DNA from: an uncultured bacterium
GTDB lineage: Bacteria; UBA8481
Direction of reading: 5' to 3'
Length of the DNA: 56,337 bases
Assembly (NCBI GenBank): GCA_964499705.1
Contig: CAZCME010000012.1
Span: forward strand, 62,001-118,337
Of this stretch, positions 42,201-49,304 are shown piece after piece. Positions within the stretch are counted from its first letter, which is position 1, and each line of letters opens with the position of its first letter. The position numbers were made by a program, and so were the translations under genes. The notes under the pieces are model-generated. The model saw only the letters and a list, made by a program, of their open reading frames with translations, had not been told where the DNA came from and did no database searches.

Positions 42201-45200
42201 AGAGGCCGTCGCCATCGGAATCGGAATTCTTCGGATCAGTCCCGCGCTTGACTTCATCGCCATCGGGAAGGCCGTCTTTATCGGAATCAGGATTCGTCGG
42301 ATCGAGACCGAGTTCCTTCTCTTTTCGATCGGAGAGTCCGTCCTGGTCGGTATCGCCGTCGAGATCGTCCTTCGGATCCGTCGGGTTCGTACCGTCTTTT
42401 ATTTCCTCTCCGTCAGGCGTGCCGCTGCCGTCGGAATCCTTGTTCATCGGATCGGACTTGTATTTATTGACCTCGTCGCCGTCAGGAAGCCCGTCGTTAT
42501 CGGAATCGGGATTCTTCGAATCCGTGCCGAGTTTCTTTTCCTCACGGTCCGAGAGTCCATCGCCGTCGGAATCGCCGTCGAGATCGTCCTTCGGATCCGT
42601 CGGATTCGTCCCGTCCTTGACCTCTTCTCCATCCGGCGTGCCGCTGCCGTCGGAATCTTTGTTCATCGGATCGGACTTGTATTTGTTGACCTCGTCGCCA
42701 TCCGGAAGTCCGTCTTTGTCCGAATCAGGATCCTTCGGATCCGTGCCGCGCTTCAGCTCATCGCCATCGGGAAGTCCGTCTTTGTCGGAATCAGGATTCT
42801 TCGGATCGAGGCCGAGTTCCTTTTCCTTACGGTCGGAAATTTCATCCTTATCGGTGTCGCCGTCGAGGTCATCATTCGGATCCGTCGGATTCGTGCCGTC
42901 TTTGATTTCTTCACCATCCGGCGTGCCGCTGCCGTCAGAATCCGCTTTCAGAGGATCGGACTTGTGCTTGTTGACCTCGTCGCCGTCAGGAAGCCCGTCA
43001 TTGTCGGAATCGGGATTCTTCGGATCCGTCCCGCGCTTGAGTTCATCGCCATCGGGAAGTCCGTCGCCATCGGTGTCGGCCTTCTTCGGATCCGTGCCGA
43101 GTTCCATTTCCTTGCGGTCGGGGAGTCCATCCTTATCCGTGTCGCCGTCGAGATCGTCCTTCGGATCGGTCGGATTGGTCCCGTCTTTAACTTCCTGACC
43201 GTCCGGCGTTCCACTTCCATCCGAATCCTTGTTCAATGGATCGGATTTGTGCTTCGTGACCTCGTCGCCGTCAGAAAGACCATCGCCATCGGAATCGGGA
43301 TTCTTCGGATCCGTGCCGCGCTTCAGCTCGTCGCCATCCGATAAGCCATCGCCATCGGTGTCGGGCTTCAACGGATCGAGGCCGAGTTCCTTCTCCTTCC
43401 GATCGGAGAGTTCATCCTTATCCGAGTCGCCGTCTCGATCGTCGTTCGGGTTCGTGGGATCGGTGCCGTCCTTGACTTCCTGGCCGTCCAGAGTGCCGCT
43501 TCCATCCGTATCCGTCTTCAGCGGATCGGACTTGTGCTTTTTGACCTCATCGCCGTCGGTGAGGCCGTCGCCATCGGAATCGGAATTCTTCGGGTCGGTC
43601 CCGCGCTTGACCTCGTCGCCGTCCGCGAGGCCGTCGTCGTCCGTGTCGGCCTTCTTCGGGTCGAGACCGAGTTCCTTCTCTTTCCGATCCGTCAGCCCGT
43701 CCTTGTCCGTATCGCCGTCGAGATCGTCCTTCGGGTCGATCGGATTCGTTCCGTCCGCGACTTCCTTGCCGTCGGGAGTGCCGCTGCCGTCAGAGTCAGC
43801 TTTCAGAGGATCGGACTTGTACACGATGACCTCGTCTCTGTCGGTGAGCCCGTCGCCGTCGGAATCGATATTCTTCGGATCGGTCCCGCGCTTGACCTCG
43901 TCGCCATCCAAAAGGCCGTCGCCATCGGTGTCGGCCTTCTTCGGATCGAGCCCGAGCTCCCTCTCTTTCCGGTCCGAGAGCCCGTCCTCGTCGGTGTCGC
44001 GGTCGAGGTCGTCCGTCGGATCGATGGGATTCGTGCCGTCCTGAACTTCCTTGCCGTCAGGCGTGCCGCTGCCGTCGGTGTCCCGGTTCAACGGATCGGA
44101 TTTGTATTTGTTGACTTCATCGCCGTCAGAAAGACCATCGCCGTCAGAATCGCCCTTCTTCGGATCCGACCCGCGCTGAACTTCCTCGCCATCCGGCAAA
44201 CCATCGCCGTCGGTGTCGGGATTCTTCGGATCGAGGCCGAGTGCTTTTTCTTTCCGATCGGACAATCCGTCGTTATCCGAATCACGGTCGAGATCGTCGT
44301 TCGGATCCGTCGGATTCGTCCCTTCTTTGATCTCCTTGCCATCGGGCGTGCCGCTTCCGTCCGTGTCCGGATTCCGAGGATCAGTCTTATGCTTGTTGAC
44401 TTCGTCGCCGTCGGGAAGCCCGTCGCCATCGGTGTCGGCCTTCGTCGGATCGGTGCCGAGCTCCTTTTCCTTGCGGTCGAGAAGTCCATCCTTGTCGGTG
44501 TCGCCTTCGAGATCGTCCGACGGATCGAGCGGATTCGTCCCGTCCTTGATTTCCTGTCCATCGGGAGTTCCGCTGCCATCCGTGTCCGGGTTGCTCGGAT
44601 CCGACCTATGTTTATTGACCTCGTCGCCGTCTGAGAGACCGTCGCCGTCGGTGTCGGCCTTCTTCGGATCGGTGCCGCGAGCGACTTCATCGGAATCGGT
44701 TAGGCCGTCGCCGTCCGTGTCGGCCTTCTTCGGATCGGTCCCGAGTTCCTTTTCCTTGCGATCTGAAAGTCCGTCCTTATCCGTATCGCGATCGAGATCG
44801 TCTTTCGGATCGGTCGGGTTCGTGCCGTCGGCTATTTCCTTTCCGTCAGGCGTTCCGCTGCCATCCGAATCCGCATTCTTCGGATCGGACTTGTACGTGT
44901 TTACCTCGTCGCCGTCGGAGAGGCCATCGCCGTCAGAGTCGGGCTTGCTCGGGTCCGTCCCGAGCACCTTCTCCTTGCGGTCAGAGAGTCCGTCCTTATC
45001 CGTATCGCTGTCGAGATCATCATTCGGGTCGACCGGGTTTGTGCCGTCGGCTACTTCCTTTCCATCAGGTGTGCCGCTGCCGTCGGTGTCCGCATCAAGG
45101 GGATCGGACTTGTACTTGTTAAGCTCGTCGCCATCGGAGAGCCCATCGCCGTCCGTGTCGGTCTTCTTCGGATCGGTCCCGAGTTCCTTTTCCTTGCGAT

Positions 45201-48200
45201 CCGAAAGTCCGTCCTTATCTGTATCGCGATCGAGATCGTCTTTCGGATCGGTCGGGTTCGTGCCGTCGGCTACTTCCTGTCCGTCAGGCGTTCCGCTGCC
45301 ATCCGAATCCATGTTCTTCGGATTCGACTTGTATGTGTTTATTTCGTCGCCGTCCGAGAGCCCGTCTCCGTCGGTGTCGGGGTTGTTCGGATCCGTGCCG
45401 CGCTTTACTTCTTCGCTATCCGACAATCCGTCGCCGTCTGTGTCGGCCTTTGTTAAGTCGGTTCCGATTTCTATTTCTTTGCGATCGGAGAGCCCATCCT
45501 TATCCGAATCGCCATCCAGATCGTCCTTCGGATCCGTCGGGTCCGTCCCGTCTTTGACTTCCTGACCATCCAGAGTTCCGCTTCCATCCGTATCCTTCTT
45601 CAGCGGATCGGATTTGTGCTTGTTGATCTCATCGCCGTCCGACAAACCATCGCCGTCGGAATCGACCTTCTTCGGATCCGTGCCGCGCGCGACTTCATCG
45701 GAATCGGTCAGGCCGTCGCCATCGGTGTCCTTCTTAGTAGGATCGAGGCCGAGCTCCTTCTCTTTCCGATCGGACAACCCATCGCCATCGGTGTCGCGTT
45801 CGAGGTCATCCTTCGGATCCGTAGGATCCGTGCCATCTTTGACTTCCTGGCCATCCAGCGTTCCGCTTCCATCCGTATCCTTCTTCAGCGGATCGGACTT
45901 GTGCTTGTTGACCTCATCGCCGTCCGACAAACCATCGCCGTCAGAATCGACCTTCTTCGGGTCCGTACCGCGCGTGACTTCATCACCATCCGACAGGCCG
46001 TCACCATCCGTGTCCGCCTTCTTCAGATCGAGATCCAGTTCTTTTTCTTTCCGGTCCGACAGCCCATCCTTGTCCGTGTCGCGTTCCAGATCGTCCTTCG
46101 GATCGGTCGGGCTCGTGCCGTCGGCTACTTCCTTCCCATCAGGTGTGCCGCTGCCATCCGAATCCAACTTCAGAGGATCGGATTTGTGCTTGTTGACCTC
46201 ATCGCCATCCGACAAACCATCGCTGTCGGAATCAACCTTCTTCGGGTCCGTGCCGCGCGCGACTTCATCGGAATCCGATAACCCATCGCCGTCCGTGTCT
46301 TTCTTCGACGGATCTGTGCCGAGTTCTTTTTCCTTCCGATCAGACAGCCCATCGCCATCGGCGTCGCGCTCGAGGTCGTCATTCGGATCCGTCGGGTCCG
46401 TGCCATCCTTAACTTCCTGGCCGTCCAGAGTTCCGCTTCCGTCCGTATCCTTCTTCAGCGGATCGGACTTGTGCTTGTTGACCTCATCGCCGTCCGACAA
46501 TCCATCGCCGTCGGAATCGACTTTCTTCGGATCCGTACCACGCGCGACTTCATCGGAATCGGTCAGGCCGTCGCCGTCCGTGTCTTTCTTCGACGGATCT
46601 GTGCCGAGCTCTTTTTCCTTCCTATCCGACAACCCATCGCCATCTGTGTCGCGCTCGAGGTCATCCTTCGGATCCGTCGGGTCCGTCCCATCTTTAACTT
46701 CCTGCCCGTCCAGAGTTCCGCTTCCATCTGTATCCTTCTTCAGCGGATCGGACTTGTGCTTGTTGACCTCATCGCCGTCCGACAATCCATCGCCGTCGGA
46801 ATCGACTTTCTTCGGATCCGTGCCGCGCGCGACCTCGTCCGCATCTGAAAGCCCATCGCCGTCCGTGTCCTTCTTCGTCAGATCAAGGCCGAGTTCCTTT
46901 TCCTTCCGATCGGAAAGTCCATCGCCATCGGTGTCGCGTTCGAGGTCATCCTTCGGATCCGTAGGATCCGTGCCATCTTTGACTTCCTGGCCATCCAGCG
47001 TTCCGCTTCCATCCGTATCCTTCTTCAGCGGATCGGACTTGTGCTTGTTGATCTCATCGCCGTCGGACAAACCGTCGCCATCGGAATCAACCTTCTTCGG
47101 ATCCGTGCCGCGCGCGACTTCATCGGAATCCGTCAGGCCGTCGCCGTCGGTGTCCTTCTTCGTCGGGTCCAGTCCGAGTTCCTTTTCCTTCCGATCGGAA
47201 AGTCCGTCGCCATCGGTGTCGCGCTCGAGGTCGTCCTTCGGATCCGTCGGATCCGTGCCGTCCTTGACTTCCTGGCCGTCCAGCGTTCCGCTTCCGTCCG
47301 TATCTTTCTTCAGCGGATCGGACTTGTGTTTGTTGACCTCATCGCCGTCGGATAGACCATCGCCGTCCGTATCCAATTTCCTCGGATCCGTGCCGCGACG
47401 CGCTTCCTCGATATCGTCGAGCCCATCGCCATCGGCATCCCCAACGATCTCGACTGTCGCTTCGGCGATATTCCCGTCTTCGTCCGTTACGCGGATCACA
47501 TCCTGCACGGCCGACGTCGAGCCCGACGTGTATGTGCCGTTGACGCGATCAATGCTCCCGCCGGAACGATTCGTGGAAATAGCATACGAGCGCTGCCCGA
47601 CTCCGCCGGAGGACGAGAAAGCAAGCGTTCCACCGGTCGCGACGGAGTCGGACAAAGGCGCCAGCGTCAGGCGCGGCTTCACTTCGATCCTGACTTCGAC
47701 GTACTTGCCGCTTTGATCCGTGACGCGGACGACATCGGTCGCATCGGACTTCAAGCCGGCGGTGTATTCTCCCGTAACCGGATCGATTTTGCCGCCCGAC
47801 CTGTCATTTGCGATCGAAAATACGAGATCGCCAAGACCTCCCTCGGCCTTGATCGTCATGACCGACCCGGACATCGCCTGATCGGTCGCCATCGAGAGCG
47901 AAAGCGGCTGCGCGACTTTGATCGCGGCCTCCTGCGTGTTGCCCGCTTCATCCGTTACGCGGACGACATCCGCGACGTCGTATTTCGTTCCCGCCGTGTA
48001 ACGTCCTGTTACCGGATCGATCGATGCTCCGGAGAGATTCTTCGCGAGCGAATAAGCGTATCGCTCGCCGCCGCCGACACCGACGAACGTGATCGACTGC
48101 CCGGGAAGAACGTTCGCGGATTTCGGAGCGATCGAGAGTGCTCCGGTCGGAACCACGACGAGGATCGAAATCGTCGGATCGAATTCGGAATAGAGCTTCG

Positions 48201-49302
48201 GCGGGAACTGGATGAGCGCGCCGTCCCGATCGCGGATCGCGAGATGCCATCCGTATTCGCCGGCTTCCCGAGGCGCCGTGATTTCGAAGACCATGACGGA
48301 AGTATCGCGCGCGCGGACAGGGCCGGTTGCGGAGGAAGCTTCGGTCGCGGCAACGCCCTGGCCGCGTCGATAGAGCTTGAGCTCGCCCGAAAAGGATTGC
48401 GGCAGATCGGAGTTGTTGAAGACCTGGAACGACGTGCGGAATTTCGTTCCGGCCGTCAGCGACCTTTGATCGATCGACGGACCGGTCGCGATCACGGACG
48501 GAACTTCAATCCGTATGGTGTGATCGTCCAGCGTCGTCACATTTTGTTCGATGACAGGCGGCGCGGTGGACGACCCGGACGGCGTCACGCGGACGAGGGC
48601 GACGGACGTTTGTCCCAGCTTGTCCGTGACGCGAACGGCATCGGTCTTCTCTTCCGTCACCGCGCCGGCGCGGTATTTACCCGTGGCGCGATCGATCGTG
48701 GCGCCGGATTGATTCTCGAAGATCTCGAATTTCTTCCCCTCTCCCCCGCCAAGCGTGCGGAACGAAATAGTCCCGCGACTTGCGACGACGGCTCGCGACG
48801 GCGCGATGACGAGCGGCCCCTCCACGGTGAGAAACGATTTCGGACCGTCCGGCGGATAGTCGAAGGAATATCCGGTTCGCTGGTTGCGGATATGGAGCCG
48901 ATAGGAATAGTCGCCGGAGCTGAAGGGAGCATCGATCTTGAATTCGAGCGTGCCTGACCGATTCGGAGAAACGGTCGCGGTAGCCGTGCCACCGCGCGCC
49001 GTGACCGGCTCGCCGGATTTCAGGATCCCAAGCTCGCCGATATAGTCCGCCGGTTTGTCGCTCTTGTTCGTCACTGTGAATTTCACGGCAAGCGGAGCAT
49101 TCGATTCGGTCGATCGCGCGCCAATGACGGGGCCTGTGACGAGGACCTGTTCCGCCGTCGCCGCGCGGCGTGAACTCGTCTGCGCGACGGCCGCCAGAAT
49201 CATCTCGTGCGGCATGAGCGATTGAACCATCAGCACAAGAACGGCGATCGCTATGCGGCGCGATGCGCGATTCCACCAATTCTCCCGGAGTTCCCTCTTC
49301 AT
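33220..49302 (-). CDS. Giant secreted repeat protein (~5360 aa), putative Ca-stiffened adhesin/surface fibre
   Basis: Uninterrupted 16-kb ORF. Start placed at ATG 49302 (MKRELRENWWNRASRRIAIAVLVLMVQ…, signal-like, 2 nt after the upstream stop). Contains a TSP3-like repeat array, a Pro linker and 18 Ig-like YQW modules. Confidence 0.88.
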   Translation of the reverse strand: MKRELRENWWNRASRRIAIAVLVLMVQSLMPHEMILAAVAQTSSRRAATAEQVLVTGPVIGARSTESNAPLAVKFTVTNKSDKPADYIGELGILKSGEPVTARGGTATATVSPNRSGTLEFKIDAPFSSGDYSYRLHIRNQRTGYSFDYPPDGPKSFLTVEGPLVIAPSRAVVASRGTISFRTLGGGEGKKFEIFENQSGATIDRATGKYRAGAVTEEKTDAVRVTDKLGQTSVALVRVTPSGSSTAPPVIEQNVTTLDDHTIRIEVPSVIATGPSIDQRSLTAGTKFRTSFQVFNNSDLPQSFSGELKLYRRGQGVAATEASSATGPVRARDTSVMVFEITAPREAGEYGWHLAIRDRDGALIQFPPKLYSEFDPTISILVVVPTGALSIAPKSANVLPGQSITFVGVGGGERYAYSLAKNLSGASIDPVTGRYTAGTKYDVADVVRVTDEAGNTQEAAIKVAQPLSLSMATDQAMSGSVMTIKAEGGLGDLVFSIANDRSGGKIDPVTGEYTAGLKSDATDVVRVTDQSGKYVEVRIEVKPRLTLAPLSDSVATGGTLAFSSSGGVGQRSYAISTNRSGGSIDRVNGTYTSGSTSAVQDVIRVTDEDGNIAEATVEIVGDADGDGLDDIEEARRGTDPRKLDTDGDGLSDGDEVNKHKSDPLKKDTDGSGTLDGQEVKDGTDPTDPKDDLERDTDGDGLSDRKEKELGLDPTKKDTDGDGLTDSDEVARGTDPKKVDSDGDGLSDGDEINKHKSDPLKKDTDGSGTLDGQEVKDGTDPTDPKDDLERDTDGDGLSDRKEKELGLDLTKKDTDGDGLSDADEVARGTDPKKVDSDGDGLSDGDEVNKHKSDPLKKDTDGSGTLDGQEVKDGTDPTDPKDDLERDTDGDGLSDRKEKELGTDPSKKDTDGDGLTDSDEVARGTDPKKVDSDGDGLSDGDEVNKHKSDPLKKDTDGSGTLDGQEVKDGTDPTDPNDDLERDADGDGLSDRKEKELGTDPSKKDTDGDGLSDSDEVARGTDPKKVDSDSDGLSDGDEVNKHKSDPLKLDSDGSGTPDGKEVADGTSPTDPKDDLERDTDKDGLSDRKEKELDLDLKKADTDGDGLSDGDEVTRGTDPKKVDSDGDGLSDGDEVNKHKSDPLKKDTDGSGTLDGQEVKDGTDPTDPKDDLERDTDGDGLSDRKEKELGLDPTKKDTDGDGLTDSDEVARGTDPKKVDSDGDGLSDGDEINKHKSDPLKKDTDGSGTLDGQEVKDGTDPTDPKDDLDGDSDKDGLSDRKEIEIGTDLTKADTDGDGLSDSEEVKRGTDPNNPDTDGDGLSDGDEINTYKSNPKNMDSDGSGTPDGQEVADGTNPTDPKDDLDRDTDKDGLSDRKEKELGTDPKKTDTDGDGLSDGDELNKYKSDPLDADTDGSGTPDGKEVADGTNPVDPNDDLDSDTDKDGLSDRKEKVLGTDPSKPDSDGDGLSDGDEVNTYKSDPKNADSDGSGTPDGKEIADGTNPTDPKDDLDRDTDKDGLSDRKEKELGTDPKKADTDGDGLTDSDEVARGTDPKKADTDGDGLSDGDEVNKHRSDPSNPDTDGSGTPDGQEIKDGTNPLDPSDDLEGDTDKDGLLDRKEKELGTDPTKADTDGDGLPDGDEVNKHKTDPRNPDTDGSGTPDGKEIKEGTNPTDPNDDLDRDSDNDGLSDRKEKALGLDPKNPDTDGDGLPDGEEVQRGSDPKKGDSDGDGLSDGDEVNKYKSDPLNRDTDGSGTPDGKEVQDGTNPIDPTDDLDRDTDEDGLSDRKERELGLDPKKADTDGDGLLDGDEVKRGTDPKNIDSDGDGLTDRDEVIVYKSDPLKADSDGSGTPDGKEVADGTNPIDPKDDLDGDTDKDGLTDRKEKELGLDPKKADTDDDGLADGDEVKRGTDPKNSDSDGDGLTDGDEVKKHKSDPLKTDTDGSGTLDGQEVKDGTDPTNPNDDRDGDSDKDELSDRKEKELGLDPLKPDTDGDGLSDGDELKRGTDPKNPDSDGDGLSDGDEVTKHKSDPLNKDSDGSGTPDGQEVKDGTNPTDPKDDLDGDTDKDGLPDRKEMELGTDPKKADTDGDGLPDGDELKRGTDPKNPDSDNDGLPDGDEVNKHKSDPLKADSDGSGTPDGEEIKDGTNPTDPNDDLDGDTDKDEISDRKEKELGLDPKNPDSDKDGLPDGDELKRGTDPKDPDSDKDGLPDGDEVNKYKSDPMNKDSDGSGTPDGEEVKDGTNPTDPKDDLDGDSDGDGLSDREEKKLGTDSKNPDSDNDGLPDGDEVNKYKSDPMNKDSDGSGTPDGEEIKDGTNPTDPKDDLDGDTDQDGLSDRKEKELGLDPTNPDSDKDGLPDGDEVKRGTDPKNSDSDGDGLSDGDEVNTHKSDPLNTDSDGSGTPDGEEIKDGTNPTDPKDDLDGDTDKDGLTDRKEKELGTDPAKADTDDDGLSDADEIKRGTDPKNPDSDKDGLPDGEEVNTHKSDPLKTDSDGSGTPDGQEIKDGTDPTDPTDDLDGDSDKDGLSDRKEKELGLDPKKADTDGDGLPDGDEITRGTDPKDTDSDDDGLSDGDEVDKHKSDPLNKDSDGSGTPDGEEIKDGTNPTDPKDDLDGDTDKDGLTDRKEKELGLDPTKPDTDGDGLSDGDEVKRGSNPNKADTDGDGLLDGDEVNKYKSDPLKVDSDGSGTRDAQEIEDGTDPADPTDDLELDNDNDGLPNRREIKLELDPKKADTDGDGLSDSDELNRGTDPKKSDTDGDGLSDGDEVKTHKSDPLKADTDGSGTPDGQEVKDGTDPTDPKDDLDRDGDGDGLSDRKEKELGLDATKADTDGDGLSDGDEVSRKTDPKKTDTDGDDFTDGDEVNNLKTDPLVPAVKPAPPTPPTPPENTTPPAISGSVRIGSEVTCQSGDWTGPPPIAYKYQWLLDGREIPDATGPTYTVIEDDAFHKISCRVTTTNPGGEKTITTAPVTVDVEKPSNTVPPTLGGTPSIGLSLHCRPGEWTGDKTLRNKYQWLRDGREIPGATEKIYLLEDADGLRKISCRMTVSNAGGEASATTAEVTITIVKPAITTLPVLSGEPRIGSKLVCKPGGWTGDPKIEGKFQWLRNGVPIPGATAVDYTIAAEDGSKRISCEITLTNKAGSASAVTEAIEIFVAPPTNGGQPELTGQAELGAKLSSGQGIWSGDEPIVYKYQWLRDGREISGATLPDYSVVEADGGHSLSCRVTATNAGGAVSSATSSSEFRIYAPINTTPASITGELKVGSSAACNPGVWSGHPPIAFAYQWMIDDNKIDGATGAMYMIKATDGGRMLACKITASNPAGRTEGFAAPVAVPASAMVKPANTLKPSIQGEAKSGMTLTCNKGEWSGESPITHAYQWLRNDIDISGATGSTFLLKPSDGGSKISCRVIASNAGGAAPATTSAVEVRPTIDIDAVTTGKSSYPAGAEQEITGEILVKNSGANDQAVDATLTVQGPSGFSSISLPGLTGSVPAGGKSAIRFTIKVPASAPAGQYKAQVNVKASWAGAPTIVASTSASDLFKLTPAPSTTITHLITDVKSDDLFIHPGKTAVGKIYLDAWSTKIQPAVVEMNFASPSGRVINTWNKSENIPVSGDPAAFAYQCAIPANAETGVYKATAILKDAAGAILHEYNSGEKFEIFTVKPLTETFRKPSTTDLPTLSGNASLDNTLYCSNVTWTGDWQVIQSYQWLRDGVEISGATDRKWKITAEDLGHSISCRVTGTNSSGSQSVVTAAVSPLKFASVPTLLQGGEKFTFVAKGGTPPYTYSMSGSSPLGKIDATTGEYTAGIYSWTQYDFNAAVQFVDAKGARCEAKFTVARTRVLPTNTSLPYVWGVFTRPENQLRADNGVWSFYPPTVYSYQWRRDGKDIPGATQQFRKVEPEDRGRTLSFTLAFSYDGLDTVVVSKEQPIDKWLLATPEWQQVLPGGTATFVTTGGTPPYKYEMKWAQSGAPSINATTGVYKAGTKGNVTDEVYVRDAVGGQCIMKINVRNTLAMAPLTVSPVLGEVLPGKTVKFTASGGDGNYKFAFSGYYAGQGTIDEKTGLYTAKDQKSGASHQIVVKDGGGAQVYVFARTVDTLTIPSGTAPTNTALPAITGENRVGALLTCDNGSWKGNSTATYGYFAQIRYTYQWQRGGVDIPEAISSTYTPVQADALKTLTCKVTATNDVGQTSAISAGVAIPAPAPFNSVLPSIAGAVKIGANLSCDPGAWLNDLDMTLTYKWFRDGVEISRATSARYTVTEADALKTLTCQVTAKNPSGQTLATSEPVTVTVQKPANTTLPSISGDAKIGGTLTCKPNAWSGDPTIFYSYQWLAGGSEIPGANAASYIVGAITAYKQITCRVTGTNSSGASSAISNSINSEAVDVRVDSIKNFDEGFREGMERYVIHGGIVIQNLSGVTQEVELELSVLNLNLEVMKKIPIKATVSATFMTVPFEFEYPKPVIYGVYKGRVTLKARPAGGEWRVIANPMKTPEAEVFTIGHWSYTPNTSGHINILGANATDSIVKPGMTTKCRITIKSNKNITKVFNVDYFIYNLSYLEIIKGKTSNLTISPGQKLEHEISLTIPTSAVPGRYFMKLVRNEVPGDANADYGAPEIFTVEIPGYTIPKPELRNASDKPTIWYSEFGGSMLMMMSADMIQNMIPAQSKVAGATWYCNEGYWKGKPPPPIFQYQWLKDGQEIAGATDKTFTLTSDVIPGKLSCRVTAINDGGQTAMLSNEIPFKLMAPANVVLPTISGSTVIGQTLTCAPGEWTGGASNSYTYQWKVDDKDIVGATYPSYAVMEPDAQKMISCAVTASNAIGKATAKTTAIKVVVTKPKNTALPVISGTANIGQRLRCSEGGWDNDVSVVCQYQWLRDNAAITGATSNSYTVVDADATKSISCKVSGVNGAGTVAVTTAAVKVNVIPIANTVAPTVPDEAFVGVDLNCNRGDWTGDPTITYKYQWVREDKDIANATYPFYVVVQEDFGKKISCRVTASNSRNTKSVSSNAVTVSVEKPRNSSVPYITGDPKVGQTLTGNVGSWTGEPPIVYTYQWFADSKVISGANGKTYTTTSDDGIKTITLQVTAENAGAKVIVMTKGVYVTVEPTVNKSPPTMTGKPKIGSILTCNPGEWTGDRTLTYTYQWLMRGYYPISGATDASYAVTEAVGMEPISCKVTATSERGGSASVTTDSVTIAVDKPENVEKPVVSFYPNWPGVLQCTSGKWKGDPSIYYSYRWQIEGTDVPGKTGSWYQPTKEELGTSPNVLVTCVVTANNKGGKVEAAADGVEILSSGSAENADAGALKIYTQGSNVSGEFNVLNSASQSRNFTAALTIMTPDGTTVFSKSDFTGSASANGTTPVKFAFQLPTTAANGKYKAKVSVTWK
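33500..40690 (-). repeat. 18 tandem/dispersed ~95-aa Ig-like modules (N..P.ISG...G..LTC..G.W.G....YQW.RDG..I.GAT...Y.....D....ISC.VTATN..G)
   Basis: 18 YQW/FQW/YKW/YRW cores counted in the translation, most with a conserved Cys pair, interrupted by other beta modules. Boundaries approximate. Confidence 0.8.
40738..47439 (-). repeat. Hierarchical coding repeat array: 24 units (mostly 95 aa/285 bp, some 73 aa/219 bp) of thrombospondin-type-3-like DxDGDGLxDxxE repeats
   Basis: Unit is 22+22+23+28 aa, with one GSGT per unit (24 counted). The 285-bp period shows in antisense ORF starts 45616/46471/47041. Confidence 0.92.
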
Positions 49303-49304
49303 GA

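Noticed and set aside
40738-47439. Regular DNA repeats as a possible CRISPR array
   Set aside because: The repeats are in-frame, vary at synonymous positions, have no unique spacers, and no cas genes are present.
40589-47716. Long plus-strand Ser/Pro-rich ORFs (869, 579, 450, 700 aa and others)
   Set aside because: Antisense shadows of the Asp/Gly repeat array in the giant minus-strand gene, with no independent RBS or domain signal.
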